Shown one piece after another: positions 38,404 to 51,412 of a stretch of 64,000 bases of DNA. The stretch is from assembly GCA_049275655.1 (NCBI GenBank), contig JBASUY010000057.1, positions 5,303-69,302 on the forward strand, read 5' to 3'. The notes beneath the pieces were generated by a model. It had not been told where the DNA came from, did not search any database, and was given only the letters and a program-made list of their open reading frames with translations. Origin of the DNA: Candidatus Omnitrophota bacterium (GTDB lineage Bacteria; Omnitrophota; Gorgyraeia; Gygaellales; Profunditerraquicolaceae). Position 1 is the first letter of the stretch. Each line of letters opens with the position of its first letter. Both the position numbers and the translations under genes were made by a program.

Positions 38404-39926
38404 GCTTTTGCCCTATTTAAACGTAATTGAAAAAAGAGCATTAATGTACTATTAACAAACCAATAAAGGACTAAACCTGAAGGCATACGATAAAAAATTA
38501 AACAAAACATTATTGGCATAATAACCAACATCATTCTTTGTTGTTCGGTAGTTATACCAGTAGAAGAAGCAGATGAAATTTTCTGTTGAAAAAACATACC
38601 TATAGCCATTGCAATAGGCAAGATATTTAATTCATTACCGATTATTGGTAATTTGAGCCAAGAAAAAGGAAAAGTCCACAAATTATCCGGTTTTGATAAA
38701 TCTTTAATCCAAAGAAAACGAGCACCTTTTAAGGCTATTGAACGTATTAAAGCATTATAAAGCGCAAAAAATATGGGCATTTGCAATAAAAGCGGTAAAC
38801 AACCACCTAAGGGATTTACATTATGCTCTTTATAAAGCCCCATGATCTCTTTATTCAATTTTTGTGGATTATCTTTATAAGTTTGTCGTAATAATTCTAT
38901 CTTGGGTTGTAAAGCTTGCATCTCTTTCATAGAGCGCATTTGTTTTAAAGATAATGGATATAATATCATATATACTAATAAACTTAGAAAGATTATAGCC
39001 AAGCCCCAATTATGTAAAATCCTGTATAAAAAATTAAGGGTTTGCAATAAGACTTGTGAAATAAAATCAAATCTTCCAAAATGCACTATATTTCCCCAAA
39101 GTGGATTAGTTTTATTAATAATAGTTAGATCTTGAGGACCAAGATAAATTTTATATAAATGTCCAATTTGCTGATTAGGAGAAATATTAACAGTTTGGAC
39201 ATTAATTCCTACTTCAGATTCTTGATTATTCAGTTTTTTAATAAAAGCGTTTGCTTGTTCAAAATCAGGTTCAATTATTGCCGCAAAATATTGATCTCGT
39301 AATCCAAAAAATTTGATATCTAAAAATTGTCCATCCTTTTTTCCATTTACATGAAAAGTCTTTTCTTGTAGGCCTACGGTTAAATCTTGATATCGCGCTT
39401 GCGGATTATTATGAGCAAAATTCAATACCCCTAATAAAATCGGAATATTCATAGAAATAGGAATAGTGGAATTGTTTGTAATTATTGTTTCTAATGTAAT
39501 GGTGTAATTAGACTTATGAAAAATAAATCTCTTGATTATCTTTTGGGTAGGGGTTATAGCATAAAAACTGATACTATTATTTGTACTCTCTCCTTTTTTA
39601 AAGACCAAAGAGGGGTCCCCCAACAAAAACCCATACTTAAGAGAGAGCTCATCATTATTATAATGAGTAAATATCACTTTTTGTAAAGTTGCTTGCGACT
39701 CATTAAAAATAGCTTTTAGGTTCTCCTGTTGATAAATTATGGGCTTATCTTCTCTGGGAATAACCTGCGAAAGGTTAATATTATTAACCGGCATAGGCGC
39801 AGAGACGCTTCCCAATTCCTTATTAACTCTTTGTGTTACAACAGGTTGCGGTTTTGGCACCAAAGCAGACCAAGTTAACAATACTAATAGTGATAATCCG
39901 ATTGCTATAACTAAACGCTTTTCCAT
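38400..39926 (-). CDS. yidC: Membrane protein insertase YidC
   Basis: The 508 aa product has an N-terminal TM and periplasmic domain. It has a conserved 60KD_IMP C-terminal core (LLQMPIFFALY, PSGLVLYWFVNS). Confidence 0.9.
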   Translation of the reverse strand: MEKRLVIAIGLSLLVLLTWSALVPKPQPVVTQRVNKELGSVSAPMPVNNINLSQVIPREDKPIIYQQENLKAIFNESQATLQKVIFTHYNNDELSLKYGFLLGDPSLVFKKGESTNNSISFYAITPTQKIIKRFIFHKSNYTITLETIITNNSTIPISMNIPILLGVLNFAHNNPQARYQDLTVGLQEKTFHVNGKKDGQFLDIKFFGLRDQYFAAIIEPDFEQANAFIKKLNNQESEVGINVQTVNISPNQQIGHLYKIYLGPQDLTIINKTNPLWGNIVHFGRFDFISQVLLQTLNFLYRILHNWGLAIIFLSLLVYMILYPLSLKQMRSMKEMQALQPKIELLRQTYKDNPQKLNKEIMGLYKEHNVNPLGGCLPLLLQMPIFFALYNALIRSIALKGARFLWIKDLSKPDNLWTFPFSWLKLPIIGNELNILPIAMAIGMFFQQKISSASSTGITTEQQRMMLVIMPIMFCLIFYRMPSGLVLYWFVNSTLMLFFQLRLNRAKA

Positions 39927-39930
39927 CTTA

Positions 39931-40155
39931 TTAATCTAACGGATCATATAGCCCTCTGCCTGAAAATGGATGGCACATAGATATCCTCTTAACTCCTTTT
40001 AAAGAGCCTTTTAATACCCCATATCTTTGAATTGCCTCTTTTGTATATTCAGAGCAGCTTGGAATAAAGCGGCAGGCAGGAGGCAAAACAAACCTTATAT
40101 ACTTTTGATAGTAACCTATAATCCTAATGGCGAACTTTTGCAAGATTAGAGACAA
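39931..40155 (-). CDS. yidD: Membrane protein insertion efficiency factor YidD
   Basis: It reads IRIIGYYQKYI...PACRFIPSCSEYTKEAIQRYG, the YidD/hemolysin family signature. Confidence 0.85.
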   Translation of the reverse strand: MSLILQKFAIRIIGYYQKYIRFVLPPACRFIPSCSEYTKEAIQRYGVLKGSLKGVKRISMCHPFSGRGLYDPLD

Positions 40156-40283
40156 AGCCTCTTCCTACCTTTTTTCCTGCGCCGGGCTAAGAGTTTGCGG
40201 CCCTTGCGGGTTGACATCTTCTTCCGAAAGCCCTGCCTTCTTTTACCAACAATATTGGTCGGAGTTTTCAAATTCTTTTTCAT
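40146..40283 (-). CDS. rpmH: 50S ribosomal protein L34
   Basis: I translated this by hand; it is absent from the track because it is under 60 aa. The 45 aa product is MKKNLKTPTNIVGKRRQGFRKKMSTRKGRKLLARRRKKGRKRLCL. It matches the L34 consensus (MKRTFQPS..KR...HGFR.RM.T..GR.VL..RR.KGRK.L). Confidence 0.85.
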   Translation of the reverse strand: MKKNLKTPTNIVGKRRQGFRKKMSTRKGRKLLARRRKKGRKRLCL

Positions 40284-40732
40284 CTTCTTATCCCTCTTAA
40301 TTAAGATTGATTATGATGGTTGCTAATTATAGCATAAAAGCACACTCCGTCAATGGGTAATTTATATATTAATATAAAAGAGCCTTAATCTCCACCGAAT
40401 ATCCACAGCTCCGTCGATATTATCACCCTGCAGCCTCTCTTTGGCGCTTTTTAATCCTTATGATTATATTATAAAAGCGCCAGAGAATAAACCACTAAAG
40501 CTTATATCTAATTTGTATTGACGCAAGAGAAGAACGATGTATAATAACTGACGTTTAACTTTTTTGCTTGCAACTACTTTAATTTCTGTTATAATTATTG
40601 CACTCTACCTAAGGTATTGGAATGCCGACTATATTTGTCGCCGGTTTTATGATTTTAGGGGCTTGAGATCCTATAATAATAAGAATCATTTTTCCACAGA
40701 TTTATACAAGATGTGGATAAACTGTTAATAGA
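40284..40732. promoter_or_regulatory. Putative chromosomal replication origin (oriC) and dnaA promoter region
   Basis: It is a 449-nt non-coding rpmH-dnaA spacer. There is a perfect DnaA box TGTGGATAA at 40712..40720. Near-consensus boxes are aATATCCACA at 40398..40407 and TTTTCCACA at 40691..40699. An AT-rich run (atttatatattaatataaaag) lies at about 40360. Sigma70-like promoters are TTGACG-16-TATAAT (40518..40545) and TTGCAA-16-TATAAT (40568..40595). Gene-strand polarity flips here. Confidence 0.6.
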
Positions 40733-42073
40733 ATGAATTTGCAGGACTTAACGTTAATTTGGAACCGCGCTTGCCAACAGCTTCAGCAAATAATAGAGCA
40801 TACTGCTTTTGAGACTTGGATATTGCCGTTGCAGGTTAAATCAAAAACCGCAAACTCCTTAACCTTAGAGGCGCCGGATAATTTCTTTAAAGAATGGGTA
40901 CAAAAAAATTATGGGCCGATTATTGAAAACGCCATCAAAAAGTCCTATCCTGATATCATTAATATTGAAATAGGGGTAATACCGCAAACGTCCCCTAATT
41001 TAACCCCACCCCTTTCAACTATAGCCATAAAAGAAAAGGGGGAACAATATGGCATAGGGCTAAATAATAGATATACATTTGATAATTTTGTTGTCGGATC
41101 ATCTAATCGCCACGCACACGCCTATTCTGTCGCCGTAGCAGAGGCTCCGGCAAAAACCTATAATCCGCTTTTTATATACGGGGGTGTGGGCTTAGGGAAA
41201 ACACACCTTATACAAGCTATATGCCACAAAATTAAAGAGGGCGCAAAGAATAACTTAAAGATAGCTTACCTACCATCTGAACAATTTACCAACGAACTAA
41301 TTAATGCAATACAGCGCCACGCCACTGCTAATTTTAGACAAAAATATAGAAACGTTGATATCCTTGTTATTGATGACGTACATTTTTTCGGCGGCAAAGA
41401 CTCTACACAGGAGGAGTTTTTCCATACCTTTAATACACTGTATGATGCACACAAACAAATCATCCTCTCATCAGACCGGCCACCTAAAGAGATCGCCGAT
41501 TTACAAGAACGGTTAATATCCCGTTTTGGCTGGGGTTTAACAACCGATATACAACCGCCAGACCTAGAGACAAGGGTAGCCATTTTAAAAAAGAAGGTTG
41601 AACGGGAACCTGTTGTGGTCCCGGATGACGTTATATTTTTTATAGCGCAACTGATCAAGACTAATATCCGCGAATTAGAAGGAGCCTTGGTCCGAACAAT
41701 GGCTTATTCTTTAATGGAAGAGGAGCCCATTACCGTGAGCCTAACAAAAGAGGTTTTAAAAGACCTTATAAGGGAACCAAAAAAGCTAATTACCGTAGAT
41801 TTTATAATGCGTTGTACCGCAGAAGAGTTTGGTATCCTTATGGGGGATATGAAAACTCGCAGGAGAAATAAGACCGTAGTCTTACCGCGGCAGGTAGCTA
41901 TGTATTTAAGTAGAGAGTTGACGGATTTATCTTTGCCGGAAATAGGAGGGTTTTTTGGAGGGAAGGACCATACTACGGTATTGTATGCATACAATAAAAT
42001 TAAAGAGAGTATTAATAAAGATTGTCTTTTAAGTGACAAGATAACCCGAATTATAAACGTTCTTAAACAATAA
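40733..42073 (+). CDS. dnaA: Chromosomal replication initiator protein DnaA
   Basis: It has AAA+ Walker A ([10 protein letters not shown]) and Walker B (LVIDDVHF) motifs. It has sensor motifs and a C-terminal DnaA-box binding domain ([16 protein letters not shown]). Confidence 0.95.
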   Translation: MNLQDLTLIWNRACQQLQQIIEHTAFETWILPLQVKSKTANSLTLEAPDNFFKEWVQKNYGPIIENAIKKSYPDIINIEIGVIPQTSPNLTPPLSTIAIKEKGEQYGIGLNNRYTFDNFVVGSSNRHAHAYSVAVAEAPAKTYNPLFIYGGVGLGKTHLIQAICHKIKEGAKNNLKIAYLPSEQFTNELINAIQRHATANFRQKYRNVDILVIDDVHFFGGKDSTQEEFFHTFNTLYDAHKQIILSSDRPPKEIADLQERLISRFGWGLTTDIQPPDLETRVAILKKKVEREPVVVPDDVIFFIAQLIKTNIRELEGALVRTMAYSLMEEEPITVSLTKEVLKDLIREPKKLITVDFIMRCTAEEFGILMGDMKTRRRNKTVVLPRQVAMYLSRELTDLSLPEIGGFFGGKDHTTVLYAYNKIKESINKDCLLSDKITRIINVLKQ

Positions 42074-42207
42074 ATCCTAAGGTTATTCAATATATTTTTT
42101 ATTCTAACTTTTGATATCCATAGTGTTGGGTAGTTTTCAACAAAAAAGGCGGGGTATTACTATTACAACTATTTTTTATTTAATATATTAATAGTAAAGG
42201 AGATAAA

Positions 42208-43299
42208 ATGAAACTTAGTATTGATAAGGATGTCTTGTTGTCAGGAATACAGACCGTTCAAAATGTTATCATTGCTAAAACTAGCCTACCAATACTTTCC
42301 AACATTTTATTAGAAGCACAAAATGAGCAATTACGACTAACAGCCACAGATTTAGATATAGGTATAACCTGTGTAGTTCCTGTTGAGGTACGCGAAACAG
42401 GCGCAATTACTGTCCCGGCTAAAAGATTTAGCGATATTATTAAGGAGTTACCCGCAGGTAAAATTCAGTTAATGGCCAAAAAAAACAACCAGATGAATAT
42501 TGAAGCTCCTCCTTGTCAATTTAGAGTAATGGGGTTAGCCCGCGAAGAGTTTCCTAGGTTGCCTGAGTTTAAGGATAAGGAGGTAATTAATGTAGGGCAA
42601 AAAGATTTAAAAGAGATGTTGAGGGTTACTTCTTTTGCGGCATCTACGGACGAGCACCGTTATATTTTAAACGGGGTGCTTTTTAGGTTCCACAAAAATA
42701 ATCTTACTATGGTAGCTACGGATGGCAAAAGATTGGCGGTAGTGGAAAAAAAACTTAATACGCCTTCTAATATTGAAGCCAGTATTATTGTTCCACAAAA
42801 AGCAGTGCAAGAGCTAGGCCGCAACCTTAAAGATGAGGGGAGTGTCTCTTTGGTTTTAGGCCTCAATCAAGTGTTGTTTGAGTTGGGTTTCACATCTATT
42901 ATATCGCGCCTTATCGAGGGAGAATTTCCGGATTATAAACAAGTTATTCCTTCGCCTACAGATAACAAGCTACGTCTTAACAGGGGGGAGTTTTTGTTAG
43001 CGGTTAAAAGAGCTGCGCTTTTGTCTACTCCTGATTATCAGGCGGTAAAACTAGAGGTTTTTAAAAACAAATTAGTCCTCTCTAAATCTACTCCGGATGT
43101 CGGAGAGTCTCGGGAGGAGATTTCTATAGCCTATGTAGGGAAAGAATTGGTGGTAGGTTTTAATCCTTTGTATTTAGTAGATGTTTTAAAAAACTTAGAT
43201 GTTGAGTTTATAGATTTAGAGCTTACTGACACAGAAAAACCCGGGGTTATACGCAACGATGGTTATACTTATATAGTTTTACCTATGCGGTTAGGTTAG
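42208..43299 (+). CDS. dnaN: DNA polymerase III beta sliding clamp
   Basis: The 363 aa product has three beta-clamp domains and ends PMRL. Confidence 0.9.
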   Translation: MKLSIDKDVLLSGIQTVQNVIIAKTSLPILSNILLEAQNEQLRLTATDLDIGITCVVPVEVRETGAITVPAKRFSDIIKELPAGKIQLMAKKNNQMNIEAPPCQFRVMGLAREEFPRLPEFKDKEVINVGQKDLKEMLRVTSFAASTDEHRYILNGVLFRFHKNNLTMVATDGKRLAVVEKKLNTPSNIEASIIVPQKAVQELGRNLKDEGSVSLVLGLNQVLFELGFTSIISRLIEGEFPDYKQVIPSPTDNKLRLNRGEFLLAVKRAALLSTPDYQAVKLEVFKNKLVLSKSTPDVGESREEISIAYVGKELVVGFNPLYLVDVLKNLDVEFIDLELTDTEKPGVIRNDGYTYIVLPMRLG

Positions 43300-43302
43300 T
43301 TT

Positions 43303-46049
<2,747 letters not shown>

Positions 46050-46062
46050 CAAAGGAGGAGAT

Positions 46063-46872
46063 ATGGCGGATTATGCGAAAAAAGCGATTTATCCGGCTTT
46101 GATTTTTAAGGAAGCTTGGGGTATTGTTCTTAAAAGTTTCAAAAAATTGAGTGCCATTTTCCTAATTTTTTATATACCATTTTTGATCCTTGCTTTGTTA
46201 TCGTTGGCTATAGCAGGGGACCAGTCTAAAATTTTAACTCTAATCTCCATGATATTAAGCTTGTTGGTTTCGGTTCCGTTAATATTTGCTACTTGTAAAG
46301 TAGCGCAGGGTGAGGGGGTAAGTATTGTAGAGGGTATTTTATCGGGGATGAAAAAATACTTACTGCGCTATATAGCACTCAATTTATTAATGGCTCTATT
46401 TTTAATCGGTATAATCTTTGCCGGATTCTCGGTCGTAGTGGTTTTGTATTCTATGGTTGGCAGAGGGAGTATTTTATTGGCATTTACTACATTGATTATC
46501 CCGGCTATTATAGTAACTTCCATCTTCGTTTATTTTATGATCCGCTGGGCATTAGCAGGGGTAGTTTGTATAGCAGAGGGTTTAGGGCCTATTAAGTCAT
46601 TAAAGCGTAGCACCGTCCTTATAAAGAATTATGTTACGCCGGTTGTCGGAGAGTATACCTTAATTATGGTTACCTTATTGCTTGCATCTATCCCTTATAC
46701 TGCGTGGAATTATATTTTTAATAGGCAATATTATTCTGCAGAAGTAAGCATAGTTTCCGCTGCCGTCAATAATATTATTATTCATTCTATTGTAACACCA
46801 TTTATTATTGCAGTAATGGTTGTTATGTATAAAAAATTAAAAGAGGCGATAGAGACAAATGTATGCCCGTAA
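46063..46872 (+). CDS. Polytopic integral membrane protein of unknown function inserted between gyrB and gyrA
   Basis: The 269 aa product has about 6 predicted TM helices. A strong SD (aaaggagg) lies 6 nt upstream. Its 3' end overlaps the gyrA start by 14 nt. I did not recognise any family. Confidence 0.6.
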   Translation: MADYAKKAIYPALIFKEAWGIVLKSFKKLSAIFLIFYIPFLILALLSLAIAGDQSKILTLISMILSLLVSVPLIFATCKVAQGEGVSIVEGILSGMKKYLLRYIALNLLMALFLIGIIFAGFSVVVVLYSMVGRGSILLAFTTLIIPAIIVTSIFVYFMIRWALAGVVCIAEGLGPIKSLKRSTVLIKNYVTPVVGEYTLIMVTLLLASIPYTAWNYIFNRQYYSAEVSIVSAAVNNIIIHSIVTPFIIAVMVVMYKKLKEAIETNVCP

Positions 46873-49288
46873 TGAAAAAGTAGTCCCTGTTTATATTGAA
46901 GAGGAGGTTAAAGACGCTTATTTAAATTATGCGATGAGCGTCATTGTCGGGCGTGCCCTGCCTGATATACGCGACGGTTTAAAGCCGGTGCATAGGAGGA
47001 TACTCTATGCTATGCAGGAGTTAAGCTTAGGGTATGCTAAGCCGTATAAGAAATGCGCGCGTATCGTTGGGGAGGTCTTGGGGAAATACCATCCGCATGG
47101 GGATGTGGCGGTTTACGATGCCTTAGTAAGGTTGGCGCAAGATTTTTCTTTACGCTATCCTTTGGTAGACGGACAAGGTAACTTTGGCTCTGTAGATGGA
47201 GATGCTGCTGCAGCCATGCGTTATACTGAGGCGCGCCTTGCTTCCATATCCGATGTTATCCTTGGGGATATAGATAAGGATACGGTAAACTTCGGGCCTA
47301 ATTTTGATGCTTCTTTAAAAGAGCCCTTGCTTTTGCCTGCGGCCCTGCCTAATTTGCTTGTAAATGGCTCAAGCGGTATCGCTGTAGGTATGGCCACAAA
47401 TATCCCGCCGCATAATTTAAATGAAGTAGCAGATGCGATTATTTATCTTTTAGATAATCCTTCAGCAGAGATTAAGGACTTGATGCGTTATATAAAAGGG
47501 CCGGATTTTCCTACAGGAGGGGTTATCTGCGGTAAGGGGGGGATTAAAGAGGCTTATACAACCGGGCGGGGCAAACTTACTGTGCGCGCTCGGGCGACTG
47601 TTGAGCATCAAAAAAACGGAAAAGATTTGATTATCATAACAGAGATTCCGTATCAAGTGCAAAAATCATCATTAATTGAGGCTATTGCCGGGCTTGTAGA
47701 CGAGAAAAAGATAGAAGGCATCTCTGATATACGCGATGAGTCTGACAAGGATGGCATGCGCATAGTAGTTGAGCTTAAAAGGGATACTGAGCCGCAGATT
47801 ATCCTCAACCAGCTCTTTAAACATACACAACTGGAGACCACCTTTGGTATTATTACCCTTGCACTTGTAGAGAATAGGCCTAAGGTTTTAAATCTGCGTC
47901 AAGTATTGGATTGCTATATAGAGCATCGCAAGGTTATTATCCGCCGCAGGACACAATTTGAGCTGGATAAGGCCTTGAAGAGGGCGCATATTTTAGAAGG
48001 ACTAAAGATAGCCCTTAAGTTTATTGACCGCATTATTAAGGTAATTAAATCCTCTAAGAGCGTAGATGTAGCACGGGTTAGTTTAATGAAAGAGTTCGGC
48101 CTTTCAGAGGTACAAGCGCAGGCAATACTGGAGATGCAGCTACAGCGCTTAACCGCTCTTGAGCAGGATAAGATTGAGGCTGAATATGCCGAATTACTAA
48201 AGAAGATAGAATTATGCAGGGCCATATTAGCCTCTGAGAAAAAAATAGAGGGCATTATTAAAAATGAGTTGAAAGGCCTTAAAGAGAGATACGGGGATGA
48301 GCGTAGGACTGATATAGTCGGCGAAGTGGAAGAGCTTGAGATAGAGGATTTGATAGCAGAAGAAGACGTTGTAGTTACTATTAGCCATAGCGGTTATATA
48401 AAGAGGCTTCCGGTAAGTTCTTACCGTAGACAAAAACGGGGGGGCAGAGGGGTAACCGGCGCAGAGGTGAAAGATGAGGATTTTATAGAGCACCTCTTTG
48501 TCGCCTCTACCAAGGATTACCTCTTGATTTTTACAGATAAGGGGCAAGTCCATTGGCTTAAGGTTTATGAGATTCCGCAGGCAAGCCGCACCTCTAAGGG
48601 TAAAGCTATTATTAATTTAGTGCAGATGGAGCAGGATTCTAAGATAAGCTCTACCGTTCCTGTTCAGGGGTTTTCTGCTGATCAATATTTAGTAATGGTT
48701 ACCAAATTAGGTTTAATTAAAAAGACTAAACTTGATGCTTATGGCAATCCGCGTAAAGGTGGGATTATAGGCATTACTCTAGACAAAGGAGATGAGTTAA
48801 TAAGCGTAGAGATGACGGATGGCAAGCAGGAGCTTTTAATAGGTACTCGCCAAGGAAAGGCTATACGTTTTTCTGAGGAAAAGGTTAGAGATATGGGGCG
48901 CGCTGCCCGGGGAGTAAGGGCAATATCTTTAGCAAAAAAAGATGAAGTAATAGATTTAGTTATCCCGCAAAAAGATGCGGCGATACTTACGGTTACCTCT
49001 TTGGGGTTTGCAAAGCGCACCACGGTAGATGAGTATAGGTTGACTTCTCGCGGAGGTAAGGGGATAATTAATATTAAGGTTACGGATAAAAACGGCGAAG
49101 CGGTAAACCTTAAGACCGTTAGCGATGAAGACGAATTGATGGTCATTACTCAAAATGGCATATTTTTACGTTGCGCGGTTAAAGACATTAGGGAGACCGG
49201 ACGCTCTGCCCAAGGAGTGAGATTAATCAAATTACAGGATAAAGACCGAGTCTCTTGTGTTGCTCCGGTTATAGCAGAAGAGGAATAG
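46859..49288 (+). CDS. gyrA: DNA gyrase subunit A
   Basis: It has the active-site region AMRYTEARL with the catalytic Tyr. It has a QRDR-like segment and C-terminal beta-pinwheel repeats. It is 809 aa. Confidence 0.95.
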   Translation: MYARNEKVVPVYIEEEVKDAYLNYAMSVIVGRALPDIRDGLKPVHRRILYAMQELSLGYAKPYKKCARIVGEVLGKYHPHGDVAVYDALVRLAQDFSLRYPLVDGQGNFGSVDGDAAAAMRYTEARLASISDVILGDIDKDTVNFGPNFDASLKEPLLLPAALPNLLVNGSSGIAVGMATNIPPHNLNEVADAIIYLLDNPSAEIKDLMRYIKGPDFPTGGVICGKGGIKEAYTTGRGKLTVRARATVEHQKNGKDLIIITEIPYQVQKSSLIEAIAGLVDEKKIEGISDIRDESDKDGMRIVVELKRDTEPQIILNQLFKHTQLETTFGIITLALVENRPKVLNLRQVLDCYIEHRKVIIRRRTQFELDKALKRAHILEGLKIALKFIDRIIKVIKSSKSVDVARVSLMKEFGLSEVQAQAILEMQLQRLTALEQDKIEAEYAELLKKIELCRAILASEKKIEGIIKNELKGLKERYGDERRTDIVGEVEELEIEDLIAEEDVVVTISHSGYIKRLPVSSYRRQKRGGRGVTGAEVKDEDFIEHLFVASTKDYLLIFTDKGQVHWLKVYEIPQASRTSKGKAIINLVQMEQDSKISSTVPVQGFSADQYLVMVTKLGLIKKTKLDAYGNPRKGGIIGITLDKGDELISVEMTDGKQELLIGTRQGKAIRFSEEKVRDMGRAARGVRAISLAKKDEVIDLVIPQKDAAILTVTSLGFAKRTTVDEYRLTSRGGKGIINIKVTDKNGEAVNLKTVSDEDELMVITQNGIFLRCAVKDIRETGRSAQGVRLIKLQDKDRVSCVAPVIAEEE

Positions 49289-49294
49289 GCTTTA

Positions 49295-49369
49295 GACCCT
49301 GTCGTCTAGCCTGGTCTAGGACAAGAGCTTTTCAAGCTCTCGACACGGGTTCAAATCCCGTCAGGGTCA
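49295..49369 (+). tRNA. tRNA-Glu (anticodon TTC)
   Basis: The sequence GACCCTGTCGTCTAGCCTGGTCTAGGACAAGAGCTTTTCAAGCTCTCGACACGGGTTCAAATCCCGTCAGGGTCA folds as a cloverleaf with the anticodon loop ttTTCaa. Confidence 0.8.
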
Positions 49370-49533
49370 CTTTATTTTTATGTGTGGAATAGTTGAGCAT
49401 GCAAGCGTAAGTCCAGCGCAGAATACTTTTTTCTGATAGGGTTAAAACGTTTAGGCACCGCGGATATAACAAAAAGAGGAAAATACGGGAATATAAACGG
49501 ATTAGCGAAACCCTTAAAGAGAGAGGTATTGAT

Positions 49534-50718
49534 ATGAAGAACTCAAAGGCCATGGATTATAAAGCCCGCCAGGTAGGCAAAAAAAATAATTGTATCCATA
49601 GGAATACAACACAGGCGCAAAAAAATGACTTTGCTCATTTTATGCTAAAAGAGATTAATGAGCAGCCAAAAACCTTAGAAAATTTTTTAAGTAGCAGGAT
49701 AAATAAAAAAACCCACAAGATAGAGTTTCTACAAGGAGAAATCTCAAAAGAGGCTTTAGGTAGCCTAAAAGATATTTTTATTATAGCCTGTGGGACGTCT
49801 TATCATGCCGGATTAGTAGGTAAGTATATTATAGAATCTTTATGCCGGATACCTGTACGCGTAGAAGTCTCAAGCGAATTTCATTATCGCGACCCATTGA
49901 TTGGCCCTAATACTTTGATTATCGCAATAAGCCAATCAGGGGAAACCGCGGATACTTTATCTGGGGTAGGCTTGGCACGGGCAAGAGGCGCAAGGGTTTT
50001 TACTATTTGTAATGTATTAGATTCTACATTAACCCGTAAGTCTGATGGCACTATTCATACGAATACCGGACTTGAGGTGGGAATAGCCGCTACAAAGACT
50101 TATACTACCCAGCTTGCTGCGTTGTATCTTTTTGCTTTGCATTTAGCGAAGGTAAAAAATATTTTGCCACCCGGTAAAATTCATAAACTGATAAAAGAGT
50201 TACGCAAGACACCGAAATATATAGAGGTTATCTTAAAAAACCAAAATCAGATAGCATCTATTGCCCGGAAGCACTCTAATTGTGAGGCTTTTCTTTATCT
50301 GGGGCGTAATATTAATTATCCCTCTGCTTTGGAGGGGGCATTAAAATTGAAAGAGGTCTCTTATATACCAGCGGAAGGGTATGCAGGCGGAGAGTTAAAG
50401 CACGGACCCATCGCCTTAATTGATGAGCGACGCATGGCAGTTTGTATTGCCCCGCAATCAAGAGTGTATGATAAGATGGTCTTAAGCATGCGGGAGATAC
50501 GCTTACGCAAGGGCAAGATTATTGCTATTGTCAGTAAGAACGATAGCGCAGTAAAAGCGTTAACCCACGGGACAATCTTTATACCGAAAATCAATGAATT
50601 ATTTTCTCCCCTTTTAGTGGCAATACCCTTACAACTATTAGCTTATTATATTGCAGCCAAAAAAGGTTATAATGTTGACCAACCACGCAACCTTACCAAA
50701 GCAGTTACTGTTGAATGA
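49534..50718 (+). CDS. GlmS-like sugar-phosphate isomerase (tandem SIS domains only; GlmD/AgaS-type), no glutaminase domain
   Basis: It is homologous to the C-terminal isomerase half of GlmS. It has EINEQPKTL, a first SIS domain (GTSYHAG...SQSGETADTL) and a second SIS domain. Its C-terminus (DQPRNLTKAVTVE) is identical in style to GlmS. The N-terminal Cys glutaminase domain is absent. An alternative start is at 49642. Confidence 0.75.
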   Translation: MKNSKAMDYKARQVGKKNNCIHRNTTQAQKNDFAHFMLKEINEQPKTLENFLSSRINKKTHKIEFLQGEISKEALGSLKDIFIIACGTSYHAGLVGKYIIESLCRIPVRVEVSSEFHYRDPLIGPNTLIIAISQSGETADTLSGVGLARARGARVFTICNVLDSTLTRKSDGTIHTNTGLEVGIAATKTYTTQLAALYLFALHLAKVKNILPPGKIHKLIKELRKTPKYIEVILKNQNQIASIARKHSNCEAFLYLGRNINYPSALEGALKLKEVSYIPAEGYAGGELKHGPIALIDERRMAVCIAPQSRVYDKMVLSMREIRLRKGKIIAIVSKNDSAVKALTHGTIFIPKINELFSPLLVAIPLQLLAYYIAAKKGYNVDQPRNLTKAVTVE

Positions 50719-50724
50719 TTTAAT

Positions 50725-51378
50725 ATGCTTTATATAGTAGCAACGCCGATAGGCAACCTAAAAGATATTACGCTTAGGGCAATTGAGGTCTTAAAATCAG
50801 TTGATCTTATTGCATGCGAAGATACTCGGCGCACAAAGATTTTGCTCAGAGAGTATAATATTAATAAGCCCACTACTAGTTTTTTTCAGCATAATAGAAT
50901 TATTAAGGGCGAATATTTAGTCTCTTTTCTTAAAAAGGGCAAAGATATTGCCCTTGTATCTGATGCCGGGACCCCAGGGATACTTGACCCGGGCTATAAT
51001 TTAATCAATTTAGCTATACGCCATAATATTCCTTTTACGGTTATACCAGGCGCTAGTGCTTTTATCAATGCCCTTGTATTATCCGGCAAGCCATCTCATG
51101 AGTTTTATTTCGCGGGGTTTTTGCCGAATAAGAGGGTTGCCCGGAAGAATAAGCTGCGAGAGTTGATTAAATTGTGTTGTACAGTAGTATTCTATGAGTC
51201 TTCACATAGAATTTTATCTACGTTAGAAGATTTAGCGGAAATATACGAACAGAAAAATATTGTTGTAGCGCGGGAGCTGACTAAGAAATTTGAAGAAGTT
51301 ACTCGCGGATTACCGCAAGAGGTTTTAATGAGGTTTCTTAAAGAAAAGCCCCGCGGTGAATTTGTAGTTATCTTATAA
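50725..51378 (+). CDS. rsmI: 16S rRNA (cytidine1402-2'-O)-methyltransferase
   Basis: It has the tetrapyrrole-methylase fold and begins LYIVATPIGNLKDITLRAIEVL...DLIACEDTR. Confidence 0.85.
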   Translation: MLYIVATPIGNLKDITLRAIEVLKSVDLIACEDTRRTKILLREYNINKPTTSFFQHNRIIKGEYLVSFLKKGKDIALVSDAGTPGILDPGYNLINLAIRHNIPFTVIPGASAFINALVLSGKPSHEFYFAGFLPNKRVARKNKLRELIKLCCTVVFYESSHRILSTLEDLAEIYEQKNIVVARELTKKFEEVTRGLPQEVLMRFLKEKPRGEFVVIL

Positions 51379-51412
51379 GGGCATTATTTTTTGGACATTT
51401 GAATTTTTGGCC

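Noticed and set aside
42074-42207. The dnaA-dnaN spacer as an alternative oriC (contains ttgatatccatag and AT-rich tracts).
   Set aside because: It has only weak DnaA-box matches compared with the perfect TGTGGATAA and two near-consensus boxes in the rpmH-dnaA spacer. I keep it as a secondary possibility in the oriC finding.
49370-49533. A possible glmS ribozyme or riboswitch in the 164-nt leader between tRNA-Glu and the glmS-like gene (contains agtccagcgcagaata).
   Set aside because: I could not recognise the conserved glmS ribozyme core (P1-P2 pseudoknot; GACGAGG-type motifs), and the downstream gene is not a full glmS. An Rfam RF00234 scan would settle it.
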